This document shows positions 11,643-24,069 of a stretch of DNA of 64,000 bases, one piece after another. The DNA comes from Felis catus (taxonomy: Eukaryota). Numbering within the stretch: the first letter of the stretch is position 1; the number at the start of each line of letters is the position of its first letter. Location: assembly GCF_018350175.1 (NCBI RefSeq), contig NC_058368.1, positions 158,722,001 to 158,786,000 on the forward strand, read 5' to 3'. The notes beneath the pieces were generated by a model, which did not search any database, had not been told where the DNA came from, and saw only the letters and a program-made list of their open reading frames with translations. A program made the position numbers and the translations under genes.

Positions 11643-12853
11643 TGTGGTATAATAAAAAAATAAACATTTGGCGTTTTTCCTGAGTTCTTAGCATAGAGCT
11701 CCTAAAAGTCTTGGAATTTACTGTTGTCAAAAGAAAATTCACAGAACTTTACTTGATACAAATATTATATTGAGTGAGAAACAAACTCTTTGTGAACAGG
11801 GAGACTTCAAACCCAAATGTGATATGAAGCTCAGAGTCATAACATTACAGGATGGCTGGTAAAGTGAAAATAAGGAAGTTGTTTAACCTTTACAATAATT
11901 GTTTACTACAGTGGAGATTTCCAGATGGCAGAGGTTTGGTTAAAAGTGATTATCATGTACTGCTTTAGGAAGATGACTTAAGTTTTATTTATGATTATCG
12001 GAGGCATTTACAAGAAATAATATGTTAAATTTTGCTTGCATTCATGAAATAAACTAGATTAAATTTTGCTCCTGTGGTCTAACTGGTTTTGTCTGCTGCT
12101 TGAGGGAATCTTCACTCCTGGTCTACATTTTGTTTTATTTTATTTGACACTGTCTTTTATATGGTAATGAAATGATTCATGAGGGAAGCCTAGATGGCTT
12201 TACAATGGGAGCTGGTTGCCAGAGGGTTAGAACTTTCAACCCCACCCACTGACTTTTCCAGGAGGGAGAGAGGGAGGGGAGAGGGGCTGGAGATGGAATT
12301 CAATCAACAACTGGCCAGTGATTTAGTTAGCAATGCCTACAATATGAAATCTCCATTAAAAACCCCTAAATGGATAGAGTTCGGAGAGTTTCCAGGTTCG
12401 TAAGCACATTAATGTTCTGAGTGTGGCATCCCTGAGAGTACTTTGAAGCTTTGTGCCAGCCCTCCTCCTCCATACCTTGTTCTATGCATTTCTTCCATTT
12501 GGCAGTTTCTGAATTGTATCCTTTATAATAAACCAGAAAATGTAATTTTTTTTTTTTTATTTCTGTTAACTATTTTAGTGAATTATTGAATGTGATAGGT
12601 TGTGGGAACCTCTGAATTTGTAGTTGGCTAGAAAGAACTGTAGATAGGCTGAGCACCCAGTTTGCAGCCAGTATCTGACGTAGAGATGGTCTTGTGCGAC
12701 TGGGCTCATAACCTGTGGGGTCTGCACTAACTCCAGGAGTTTGTGTCAGAATTGAATTGATTGTTGGACACCCAGTTGGTGTTGGAGAATTTATTGTTGG
12801 TATGGAGAAAACTCCGCATAGTTGGTGTCAAAAATGTCAGGAGAAAACCACGC
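11643..12853 (+). mobile_element. MER21-like LTR, interrupted by another LTR
   Basis: Start TGTGGTATAATAA..AGAGCTCCTAAAA..TTGGAATTT and later AGAATTGAATTG..GGACACCCAGTTGGTGT match MER21. Confidence 0.75.
11725..12149 (-). mobile_element. 425-bp solo LTR nested in MER21
   Basis: Inverted termini TGTCAAA...TTTGACA, TSD CTGT (11721-11724 / 12150-12153); strand tentative. Confidence 0.75.
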
Positions 12854-13229
12854 GTTTCTTTTGGGGATGGTGAAAATGCTCTGGAATCACATAGAGGTGA
12901 TAATTGTGTAACTTTTAGAATATACTAAAAGCCAATGAACTGTACACTTAAAAAAAAAATTACTCTGCCTTGTCATTCACAACACAGTCCGTTGTGTACA
13001 GAGCAGTCACCAACCCGCTTATTCCCCTCATGTCCTCTTGTTTTAAGGACCTGTAAGGACCAGTTGACACCTAGCCTGGCTGTTCTCAGGCCCTGGGTTC
13101 TATGGCCAAGCCAGACAAATACTTCTAGCTCCTTGTGTGAGATGAGGTAGTGGTATAATTTCCCCCAGGTCCCAGGCTCTCCAGACACAGCTCTGTGGGA
13201 ATAACCATCCTTTTCCCTTTCTTGACATC

Positions 13230-14160
13230 CAAAAAATTTTACTGCTTTGAGGATGCAGAAGACAACCTGAAAGAACCAATAGTCAAAGCTGGAATAATTT
13301 CAGCAATGAAATAAATAGCAATAGTATTGAATTATAACCCCCAAAATAAAATAGGTATCTGTGAGTCCATACTAACACAAATAAATAATTGAATAGATAA
13401 GTAAAATGGAGGACAAGAGATAAATCTGTTACAAATGAATTCCAAATAATAAATATAAAAATAATGAGGGAAATAGAAAATCATAGCACAGCACAGCACA
13501 GTAATGGTTCCTATAAGCAAATCTGATGAATGCTAAAGTTAAGGGGTAACACTTTAAGGAGAAGTAGGTTATTTGCATTGCCAGAAAGTATCTGTTCCCA
13601 AAATTTATTAATTATTTTGATGACTTAACATCCCAGAGGTCTCGAGGTTCAGTTCCTGAGTTTGAGCCCTACATCTGGCTCTCTGCTGTTGGTGCAGATG
13701 GGCTTCTTCAGATACTCTGATCCCCTCTCTTTCTGCCCCTTACCTGCTTGAGTGAGGGTCTGTGTGGGTTCTCTCTCTCTCTCTCAAAAATAAATTAACA
13801 TTAAAAAAAAAATCAAGCAAGCCTAAATAGAGGAATATTCTGAAAGTACCATACAAGTACTTTTCAAAAGTATCAAGGTCATGAAAAACAAAGAAAGACT
13901 AAGGAATTCACAGATATTGGAGGAGACTAAGTAGACAACCATATTTGTTTGGTATCCTAGTTTGGATCCTGGAACAAAAAAAGAGCATTACTGGAAAACT
14001 GGTGAAATGTGAATTTTAGTTAATAGTGTTGCACCAATTTTTACTTCCTAGTTTTGATAGATTTATCATGCTTATATGTTAAGATTGGGAGGTTAAAGGA
14101 AGCTGTACCTTCTTTATAATATTTCTGTAATATAAAATTGTTTCAAACTAAAGTTTTAAA
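13230..14160 (+). mobile_element. Old L1 (L1MC/ME-like) 3' UTR fragments
   Basis: AAAAGTATCAAGGTCATGAAA, TGGATCCTGGAACA, TTAGTTAATAGT motifs. Confidence 0.65.
13620..13811 (+). mobile_element. Can-SINE, 5'-truncated
   Basis: GAGTTTGAGCCC, CT tract, A tail. Confidence 0.8.
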
Positions 14161-14233
14161 TATTACTATAATTTGCATGCTCTGAATTTCCTTATTCTTT
14201 ATTGGGTAAATCTCTCATAAATAATCCTCTTAA

Positions 14234-14391
14234 GGGGCACTTGGGTGGCTCAGTTAAACAGCTATGTCTTAATCTCAGCCCGGGTCTTGATCTCAGGGTT
14301 GTGAGGTCAAGCCCTGTGTTGGGCTCCATGCTGGGTGTGGAGCCTACTTTGGAGAAAAAAAAAAAAAAAAAGAAAAGAAAAAAGAAAAAAA
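14234..14391 (+). mobile_element. Short Can-SINE
   Basis: GGGGCACTTGGGTGGCTCAG head, A-rich tail. Confidence 0.9.
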
Positions 14392-16079
14392 GAAGCCTTT
14401 TAAAAATAATATGTGAGTGATCCTGAATTCTATGGACTATTTATTATTGTTATTTAAAAGAATAGTCTTTACAATCCTGATCAAACTAATTATTGTATTT
14501 TAAAACTTGTGACAAAATATTTTTGTTTCCATGATTCCCAAATATCATATTGGTTAAACAATTTGAATGTTAGAGTTCTTGATCCATGAAATAATTTGAA
14601 CATATATTTAAATTCATGTGTGATATTTCTATTTATTTTAATTTAAAATATAATGTAGATTATTTTGCCTTTCAATAATGATAAAAATCAGATTAAACTA
14701 ATGTTATGCTATGAGAGTTAATGTTTATTTACATTTTGTATTCTACCAATTTCCAAAAGGTTCTTGAATTAGATTACAGTAAAAACACACATATAGTTAT
14801 TTAAAAGCCATGTTTTAAAAAAAATATTTAAGGATGTAGAAAGGTAATTGTTACATTAAAAATAGTCACACAGTTTCTACAATATTTTCACAGTTTTGTT
14901 AGAATAAATATATAACCTGGAAGAACATATACCAAAATTTTAAGAGGAGTGATCCTCTTTGAGTTGTGGTATTTAAAATTTGTCTTTTCTCTTTTTTGCA
15001 TTTTCAAAGTATGTACAATGTATGTAATTACTTTTGCAGTCAGTAAAACATAGTAAATATTAAAAACATGCATGCATACATATAATAGGATAGTTAAAGA
15101 CCGATTTGAGCACAGAGAAAAGAAAGTAAATACATTATGTTTTCCTGAATAAATGAACCTAAAATTTACAATGTTTGTTTACTTCCTGGGTTTTGTAAAA
15201 ACACCTACAAATTGTTCATGCTTAGTGTTTTAATTTATGTACATACATGTTCAAACACAGATACAAATCTCACAAATGTCTCCATTAGCACAATAGAGTC
15301 ATGCCATATATTTAAGGCAGTGAATTCTCAGTCCTCTAAGAAATTTTATTTTGAATATTTTAATATCTGACTGGTTGTTATATTGTACAATCACACCCCA
15401 TTTAGGCAGTATTTTAGAGATAATGTAGACTTTAAAAAATAACTGAAGCTTCAATATATAAGTATCAAAGCTTTTGTTTTAGTTTTTTAGAATGAGAATA
15501 TTTGTACTATGCTTGATGGACTTCCCTGACTTAAATCCTATTTAAATCTCAAATATCAAACTAATCTGTGATGCATTGACACATTGTTGAGTATGTTGTG
15601 TTATCATTCATTAAAATTGAAAGGCTTCAGATTGTTTAGAAAAACCAAAAAGAAAATTAAATCTGGTCTACTCTTCTACTTCTCACTGGCTATTGTGTCC
15701 ACATATAATACCATGATGTGGTTTACTTAATTGTTGGAGTCTATGTGTAATTCTTCTTATCTTGTCATATAAAGTTCATGAATTTCATGACAGGCTTTCA
15801 GACATTTTTTCTTAAGCCAACTTTTAGTACAAGATTAGAGATTATCAAAGGTCTGACCTAAGTGGAGGCATTATTGTGTTTTTATAGCTACTTTGTTCTT
15901 CTTTAAAAAAAAACAAAACAAAACAATAACTTGAGACTAGTGCTTGTTTGTGATCTGGAAAAAATTATTTATATTTTACAAGTCTTTATTGCAGACACTT
16001 TAGTTGAAGTACATGTAGTGAAGTCTTTTATTTATTAGACATCATACTTGGCTTTTCCATGATAAGGTACTTACTTCTA

Positions 16080-16440
16080 TTGTGGACATGGTAACTGCAC
16101 CTATTCTATAAGGTTTAGAGGGGATTAAATTAATTGTAAATGTAAAGTGTTAAACACACCACCTTGGGCATAACAAGTGCACAAGGATTATTATGAGAGA
16201 GAGAAAGAGAATCTGAAAGGAAGTCAGTGTGGATGGAGAGTGAGACAGAATGCTATGCCATTGGAGGAGGAAAAGTAGACAAGGGCCAGCTCAGACTGTG
16301 TTAGAATTTTGGACTTTATTCTGGGCTAGGGTAGGAAACACTGAAGGGTTTTAAGCAGGTGTGACATAGTCACAGTTGCTTTTGAGAAGAATATACAGGC
16401 TGCTGTTTGGAGACTGGGAAACAGAGGAGCCAAGGTACAT
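16080..16440. mobile_element. MIR and L2 fragments
   Basis: GATTAAAT..GTAAAGTG (MIR); TTTGGACTTTATTC..GGGTTTTAAGCAGG..GGCTGCTGT (L2). Confidence 0.55.
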
Positions 16441-16589
16441 GGTCTTTCCCTTGGGCTGTATGTTTATGATTTAAACATCTTTGATTTAAACCAATGTTTT
16501 AAAATCCTTCCCATGAATACACAGTTAGAATCTTAGCTTCTTAACTTTTATTTTCACATATTCATAGCACACTTGCAAGCCATGCAACA

Positions 16590-16856
16590 ACTTTGTTTTT
16601 CTTTTTCTTTTTTTTCTTTCTTTTTAAAATTGTAAGTAATTTTTACACCCAAGTGGAGCTCAGACCCACGACCCTGATATCAAGAGTTGCATGCTCCTGG
16701 GACACCTGGGTGTCTCAGTTGGTTAAGTGGTTAAGCATCTGACTCTTGATTCTGCTGAGGTCATGATCTCAAAGGTTGTGGGATTGAGCCCTGCGTAGGG
16801 TTCTGTGCTGACATCCTCTCTCTCCCCCTCTTTCTGCCCCTCGCGCCCCCCCCCCA

Positions 16857-16896
<40 letters not shown>

Positions 16897-16966
16897 AAAA
16901 GAAAGAAAGAAACTTGGAAAAAAAAAGAGTTGTGTGCTCCACCAATTGAGCCAGCCAGGAGCCCCT
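16590..16966 (-). mobile_element. Short Can-SINE split by a younger SINE
   Basis: Halves at 16590-16697 and 16926-16966 (GAGCCAGCCAGGAGCCCC). Confidence 0.82.
16698..16925 (+). mobile_element. Can-SINE with (GAAA)n tail, nested in a SINE
   Basis: TSD AAGAGTTG(CA/TG)TGCTCC on both sides. Confidence 0.9.
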
Positions 16967-17707
16967 GTTGTTGGCATTTTTTGAACAAACTTGTCAGTGT
17001 AGGGCCACACACATTTGGTAAAGATACGCAGGATGCCAACAAGCAGACTGGTCTTTCATGTGGCTCTGCAGTATGATGCATGCTACTTTTGATTTCCTTT
17101 TTCTGGACCTCTTAGAGTCTCAGGTAATGCCTGCCTTTCACATGGAAGTTTTGTTTCCTCTCCATGTTTTATTACTGTAGCTCCCAGAAATGACAACACT
17201 GTAACATAGGTGCTGCCATTTGTCTATTCCCCACCCATATTGGATTTTTTTTTTCCTTCCTCGGATTGTCAGAGTCTTTATAAAAGCACTCTAGATAGCT
17301 ATCAGATTGTTAGAATTAGCAACAGCATTGGGACCTATTAAGATTCTTGATTCAAACACTTGGTTCATTGCTGGCATCTATGTGATAGCATCTCACTACT
17401 GCCTTACTCTACATGCAAGTCCTAACTAACTGATCTGCATCTGACTGCAGATGCTATAAACACCATCTTTGCTTTTACCATCTTTTGGTGTGCAGCCCTT
17501 GGCTTCTTGTAGCCTTGGCTTCTTGTCCTACTTCATGCCTGATCTGGTCCCTCCCATTCCCTCTTCACTTTATCTAATTTATCTCATTTTATTGTTGCCC
17601 ACTTTCAGGGTGATCATATCCAGGTCATCCTGAATATCTTTCTTCACGGGTAAAAATATAGGGAGAAATACTCATTGGTAAAATAATGTGGTGTCTGAGA
17701 TTTGCCT

Positions 17708-17919
17708 TTATTTTTTTTAAGTTATTTATTTATACTGAAAGAAAGAGAGAGAGAGAATGAGTGGGGGAAGGGCAGAGAGGGGGGAGCCAGAAGCCGAAGC
17801 AGGCTCCGTGCTGCCAATGCAGAGCCCAATTCAGGGCTCAAACCCACGGACCATGAGATCATGACCTGAGCAGAAATCAAGAGTGTGAAGCCCAACCAAC
17901 TGAGCCACCTATGTGCCCC
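17708..17919 (-). mobile_element. Can-SINE within an old L1 3' fragment (about 17650-18090)
   Basis: TSD-like CTGAGATTTG on both sides. Confidence 0.9.
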
Positions 17920-18374
17920 TGAGATTTGTTTTTAAATACTCCATCAAAACCATTCAATAAGAGTGGTAGAATCAAGATGAAAGATGACAGAGTAAAAAAT
18001 GACAGAATGTTGATACTTGTTAAAGTTGGGTGATGGCTATATTAAACTATTCTCTTTTGGGTATGTATGAGTTTTGCATATTAAAAAATGAAAAAGACAC
18101 ATGGAGGATTTGAACATATTGACTTTCAAAGAAGTAGAGATTCTGGATAGGTGGGACAGAAATATTGGAAGCAATTGCATGAAGGTGGAAAAGAAGGTGT
18201 TCTGTGTTTTGTCAACATAGGAGATAGACCAATCATATTGCCTTCTCATATATTGCTCTTTTCTGAGGTATTCTTTATGGAGATCACTGTCCTTTGTTCT
18301 ACTTGGTCCCACTATCCTGCTTATAGTTGACTGACCCAGGGATGAGGTCTTAAAAAAAAGCGTCTATGTAAATA

Positions 18375-18595
18375 GCAGCATATGTCAACTTGGGCACCAT
18401 TGACATTGTGAACAATATAATTTCTTATGTGGGTGCTGTGCTCTACAGTAAGGATGTGTAGCAGCATTGAGTACCCACCGCATGGCAGTAGTATTGCCTC
18501 CCCTACCCCCAGTTGTGATATCCAAAAATGTCTCCAGATATTGCCAGATGTCCTGGAAGGGGAAGAGGAGGGCACAGAATCACCCCTTGTATATC
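18375..18595 (+). mobile_element. MER20-like hAT-Charlie MITE
   Basis: GGCACCATTGACATT..CCCCAGTTGTGA..CCAAAAATGTCTCCAGATATTGCCAGATGTCC. Confidence 0.8.
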
Positions 18596-19897
18596 AGTGA
18601 AATGTAGGGATATGAATTTTAGTTAGGTTCCATTCTTATAGGTTCAGGCTGACTTGATTTGGGTATTTAGATGTCATAATTTTTCCATGCTATATTAAAA
18701 AGCTGATTGTAAGTATTATAAATAAATAATAATTTAAAAATAGAAAACTTCAGGTCTTCTTACATTTGTTACAATTACAATAATATAACTTGTTTTAAGC
18801 TCAGGCCCCCTGATTTTTCATCTTTATCAAATGCAATCTTAATTTTTTTTGCATTTAATGTTCTTAAGATCATCATTTCCCCAACTTCTGCATATTTTAC
18901 AAAATCGTTAATATATTATACTTTTCGTATTTTACAGAATACTGTATTTTCTTTTTTTGTTTTCAGATATAATTATGTAGTACTAATTTTTATTTTTAAA
19001 AGTAATGTGAATTTCACAGTGTCTTTGGAAATGTAGCCTTCACATGGATGGGAGAGTGTGGAAATTTATTTGATAAATTTTGTGGTTCTGGGCACAGTGT
19101 AAATGAAACATTTTCAGGTGCTACAGTATATAAATAAATGAATGTTTTTCCTGGCACAATTTTATACCATAACTAGCCAACAATTCTTGTATTAACTTCT
19201 TCAACTGAATGGAAGCGTACTAGTATATACTTCTGATTTAATAAAATACTCAAAATAGGTTTTTGTGCTAATATATTTATAACATGCAGGTGTTTGACAT
19301 AGAAACATAAATTACATGTACATAAAATTGGTTCAGGGAAATACTGAAATGTGCTAGGGAGGATATTAAAATATATATTTGAATGTTTATTTTATAATTC
19401 AGCTTGAACATTTTTCAGAACTGTTAGGGTTCATAGCTCTATTATATGATTCGTTTTTTCTATTAAACATTTCTAATCGTGTATGGTTTTTATAATTTCT
19501 CTATTTTTCTTTAAGTGATTTTTATTTAGTCTGGTTGTTTAATTTGTTCTTTTCTTGGAGCACACACAGAGATCTGATTAGTGAAAAATTAGTAATTTAT
19601 TCCCTAGAATCTTATTTATCAGCTTTTTTATTATGCTTTCCTGTAGAAACTTGTATAGTTTATGGTTATCTTGCTCCACAAGAACTGCACATCTGCTGGT
19701 CTACTTAGAATGACAATAATACTTGTCTGTTATGCTAAAAAGTACTGGTCACATTTTTAAGTGATTTTAGGGAGACAATGCTATTAAATGCATTATTTTT
19801 AAGATACTACTGGGTGAAGGGTCATTTCTGAAATTTAAGCATGCTACTTTAATTTGCCTCTTAAAAGATACTTATTAAAAATGTGGTTTTTAACAAA

Positions 19898-20095
19898 AGT
19901 TTATTTATTTTGAGAGAGAGAGGGAGAAAGAGCGAGAGCAGGGGAGGGGCAGAGAGAGAGGGAAAGAATCCCAAGCAGGCTCCACCCTGTCAATGCAGAG
20001 CCCAATGCAGGGCTTGAACCCAGGAACCATGAGTTCATGACTTGAGCGGAAGTCAAGAGTTGGCCGCTTAACCAACTGAGCCACCCAGGCGCCCC
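19898..20095 (-). mobile_element. Can-SINE
   Basis: Full head and tail visible. Confidence 0.95.
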
Positions 20096-20114
20096 TATTA
20101 AAAATGTGTTTATT

Positions 20115-20275
20115 GGGGCATCTGGGAGGCTCATTTGGTTAAGTAGCCAACTTCAGCTCTGTCATGATCTTGCAGTTTCTGGTTTGAAACCCTATGTGGG
20201 GCTCTGTTCTGACAGTTGGGAGCCTGGAGCCTGCTTGGGATTCTGTGTCTCCCTCTCTCTCTGCCTCTCCCCTGC

Positions 20276-20320
<45 letters not shown>

Positions 20321-20340
20321 ATTAATAAGCATTAAAAAAA
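20115..20340 (+). mobile_element. Can-SINE
   Basis: Head, long (CT)n, A tail. Confidence 0.93.
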
Positions 20341-20589
20341 TGTGCTTATTGAGTGCTTATTCAATAACAGTTTTCTTTTTGATCATTGTTTCACACCCAT
20401 GACCTGAAATGGAGTTTTCAAGTAAAAAAGAGTAAGAAAATATTGATATGATTAAAAAGAGGATTAACAATTAGAGAATTAAGTAGAATACATAAAAAAT
20501 CAATACCATATAAACTAAGAAAATTATTGAATATGCATTTATTTTTAGAATACTACCCACATAGCCAAGTTCCTTGCCTCTTTCAGGTT

Positions 20590-20880
20590 TTTATTAAACA
20601 TTCTTTTCCCAGACATCTACTCCAACTGCCAAATTTGAAATTATAATTCTCATCCCCACCCGCCCTGTACTCCCAATCTTCTCCTAGTCCACTCTCTATT
20701 TTAATAGCACTAATCACTTGCTGAGATACCATATTTATAATGTTTATTATTAACTGTCTCCTGGCCCATCCCCCCAAATCCCACAAAATATAAGTTCTTG
20801 GGGAGTTTTGTCTGTTCAGTATGCTTTTCGTACAGATGCCTGCTACATAGTAGTAGTTTAGTACATTAGGAGGATGTTTA
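20590..20880 (+). mobile_element. L2 3' fragment
   Basis: TGTCTCC..AATATAAGTTCTTG..TTTTGTCTGTTC..TGCCTGCTACATAGTAG. Confidence 0.5.
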
Positions 20881-21069
20881 ATTATCTGGAATTCTAGCAG
20901 TTAAGTCTGTGTTAAGTGCCATTTCTGCTATTTTTGTTTTATTATCCATTCAAACAGAACTCTGAAAGATCTTGAAGTATGACCTAAATGAGCAAAAAAC
21001 ACCCCAAACTCTGGAATGGATTTTAGGGTTTAGTACTTTAATAAAATTATTATTTCTTAAAAATGATAA

Positions 21070-21262
21070 TAGTTACCAGTTTTGACCAAATGCCCATGCC
21101 ATGTACTTTACATGTTCTTTGTGTTTGCCCTCTTACCATCTTTAACGAGGTGAACAGTATTACTGCTGGTGTTGCTCATAGATGAAGAAACAAACTCAGA
21201 GAGGTTAAGTTAATTCTAAATGGCAGATGTAGAAATTGAATTCAAGTCGGGTTGAATTCAAA
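21070..21262 (-). mobile_element. MIR
   Basis: ATAGATGAAGAAACAAACTCAGAGAGGTTAAGT. Confidence 0.7.
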
Positions 21263-21264
21263 AT

Positions 21265-21265
<1 letters not shown>

Positions 21266-21297
<32 letters not shown>
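21266..21297. repeat. (GT)n microsatellite
   Basis: Seen directly. Confidence 0.95.
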
Positions 21298-21301
<4 letters not shown>

Positions 21302-22798
21302 AAGCTGCTTCTAATTGCAAGAAGACTTCTCTATTAATAGTATTCTTTAACCAAAAAAAGTATTATTTTATTAATCAGAAATTCCACTCCGTAACCATAT
21401 TGAATAAAATATTTAGCAAAGTTTACAGTATAATTATTAGATAACACACTGTATACTTACTTATTTTACTCATTTATTAAAATGCTTGTGTACTACCATG
21501 TGCTAGGTGCTGGGTATGCCACATGAGGAAAAAAGACACGGTTTCTGCCTTCAAGGACCTTGCAGTCTCCTGGAGAATACAGATGTATCACTCAAGAGTC
21601 AGAACTCTGTCCCCACTCTCCCTATACCCAATTTTATCATAAAAAGTAGAAAGTATTCTGATAACATTTAGATTTTATTCTGTGTTTGTTTAACATATGG
21701 CTAATTTTTGTTTTATCAAGAGGTATCATCAGGGTTGTATGGTCTGATCACCCTCCAAATCCTTTCTTCTCACCTTCTTGAGTCTTCACACACCCTGGAT
21801 CCATAAAGAAAAGTCCAAGCAATAGCAGTACTTTGTTTTCAATATTTTCTTCTATTCTATTTTGATGAGAGCAAAGTTGGTTGTATAATCTGTTTCTGAA
21901 AATATCCTGAATTCTGAAACACCACATTGAGCTAAAAACAGACATGTTGATCATTTTTAGGTCTTTCACACATTGATTTGTTCAACCTATTTGTGATAAT
22001 TTATTAATAATTTGATTTTGAATATGTTTAGTTTTATTTATTTTTAAAATTACCTTCACAAAACTTTTTCAAGGCCAATATTGTCATTTTTAGTAGATTT
22101 TGACTAAGTCTTATATATAGATGAATTCTGAGTAATAGGGAAAATTAATCATGAAATGCATATATTAATAAAGAATTCTTGATTTTTCATTCCAATGTAG
22201 TATCTGAAGTTGCAGTGTACTAAATGGTATACTTATTCTTAAGATAACTTGGTGTTTCTTTATTTCACAAATATCCCACATGTTTACTTTTTCTATGAAA
22301 CAAAGATAAATTGCAGGAAGAAAAACCAAGGCATTCATCGTCAGCTTTTGAATAACTGGTATCTTTGACCACTTCTCTCTTTTTCCTTGTGCTTGATGAT
22401 CATAATCCTTTCAGAGTTTAATTTGCTATAGAGATTATGGTTTTTAAAAGGACTTTTAAATAGTCTCTTCTTAATAGAATGTAGATCTTAAAACTAGAAT
22501 ATCCTGATCATTTGGACTTTGACATCCAATACACAATTCATATCAGATATTCTAACAGAGTATTTTATCTTTGTTCTATTAGTATGATTTAAGATTGGAA
22601 GCATGCCTACTTTAATGTTCCTTAAGAACCACATGAAATAGTAAGAGGAAACTGAAAGATTTCTTTGTACATGCATCACCAGGGTTTTCCAACCTGGGAA
22701 AGTCAAGGGTTAAGAGAAAATACAATTAAACATCTCAGTGGTTTTGAGAACTTGTATTAATTTGAATGCTTGGATACTGAATTCCTAAATGTCTAGTG

Positions 22799-23080
22799 CA
22801 GGGGTTAGAGAGAACTATAGGTGTGGATAATTTAAATAACAAATTGGTGTGTTGAATCTGGCCTACAGATATATTTTGTTTGGCCTGCATGGTGTTTTTT
22901 AGAAGTGTGAATTAATAGCAAGTGTTTAACATCTGAGAATTTTCACACAAAAATTCAGATTTCTAACCTCTGGGAAATTAGAATATCTGACAGTGATCTT
23001 GCTTTCCACATAGCAACAATTAGCTGTGTTGATTGAGGGCAACTTTTGGATCATTTTCCAGTTTGCCATATTTCCCATCA
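22799..23080. mobile_element. hAT-Charlie fragment (MER102-like)
   Basis: CAGGGGTT start; AATCTGGCCTACAGAT..TTTTGTTTGGCCTGCA. Confidence 0.5.
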
Positions 23081-23585
23081 CCCTCTGTTCTTGCACAGTG
23101 AACATGTAGTGTCAGTTACTAGTTACCATTGTGTATGCACTGTCACTTTTTCTTATATTTGATCTATAGTGATGAATTTGTATCTCCTACCATAGGAGGT
23201 ATGTTCTTTCTAGAAAGCCTTTCCCAGAACCCTCTTCCTAATCTTCACTGTTAGGCCCTCTCTTCCCAGTGCCCCTATAGCACCTAGTTTATTCCTCCCG
23301 TTAGTACTTACCAATTTTGTGGTAAGTGTTCATTTGATAATTTTCCTTGTTCAGCATGACCATTTTAAAAGTAAGGATCTTATGTTGTTTCTTCATGGGA
23401 TTCAGTAATATCTGCCACTTAAGTAGAAGGTATGCTGAATTTATGTTTGTTGATAAATGAGGTGAACTTTGTTTCCTGAAAAAGATAGATTATAGGATAT
23501 ACGTGCATCTCCAGGAATAGTTTCTTATGAGGCTGTAATATTCATTATTAAAACTAACAGAGGTCTTCTGATGGTTGTTGCAGAG

Positions 23586-23721
23586 CAAGGCCAGGACTAT
23601 GGGAAAGCATGAGAGGCTCCTAGGATGAAAGTTTAAGAGATACTTCCTTTTAGGGTCAGGCAAGTGCCTCCTTAAATTTTAGGCCATAGGAGCCTCTTTT
23701 GTCTCCATACTCCCAGCACTG
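23586..23721. mobile_element. MER96-like hAT-Tip100 MITE (palindromic)
   Basis: Inverted arms GAGGCTCCTA..TTTAAG / CTTAAATTT..TAGGAGCCTC; termini CAAGGCCAGGA..CCCAGCACTG. Confidence 0.75.
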
Positions 23722-23781
23722 TTTCTGAATTTTAGCTTCTAGCTTAAAAATAAAATATTTGTCCTGATTGCAAGGACTATA

Positions 23782-23991
23782 AAATTTTTTTTAATGTTTA
23801 TTTATTTTTGAGAGAGAAAGAGTAGGAGCAGGAGAGGGGTGGGGGGGGGTGGGGGGAGACACAGAATCCAAAGCAGGATCCTGGCTCAGAGCTGTCAGCA
23901 GAGAACCAGACGTGGGGTCAAACCCACGAACCTGAGATCATGACCTGAGCTGAAGTCAGACGCTTATCCAACTGTGCCACCCAGGCACCCC
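23782..23991 (-). mobile_element. Can-SINE
   Basis: TSD-like AAGGACTA on both sides. Confidence 0.93.
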
Positions 23992-24069
23992 TGGAAGGAC
24001 TAGAGAAATAGGAATCTAGATTGGTTTTAAATGAAGAGAAGACCACAAGAGAATATATTTTATTATTAT

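Larger units (their letters stand above)
8420..12960 (+). mobile_element. L1 (L1MB-like) ORF2 3' part and 3' UTR, decayed, carrying four nested LTRs
   Basis: RT motifs (GATACCAAAACCAGA, CCAGGAATGCAAAG, TTCACAGATGACAT = F-x-D-D), 3' UTR GGATGAACCTTGAAAACATTATGCTAA, A-rich end near 12950. Confidence 0.9.
16448..17650 (-). mobile_element. piggyBac-family DNA transposon fossil (possibly Looper), C-terminal half of the transposase
   Basis: Frameshifted minus-strand translation gives, in order, VGT-I-K (17587-17602), K-A-V-V-D-A-I..QM (KGGVD-like, 17375-17405), SR..NR(W)PM (17320-17350), SAFI (17279-17290) and a Cys/His-rich tail (16985-17085). Confidence 0.68.

Noticed and set aside
21748..21969. 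73-aa minus-strand ORF in unique-looking sequence
   Set aside because: No recognisable homology or splice signals; cannot be supported without a search
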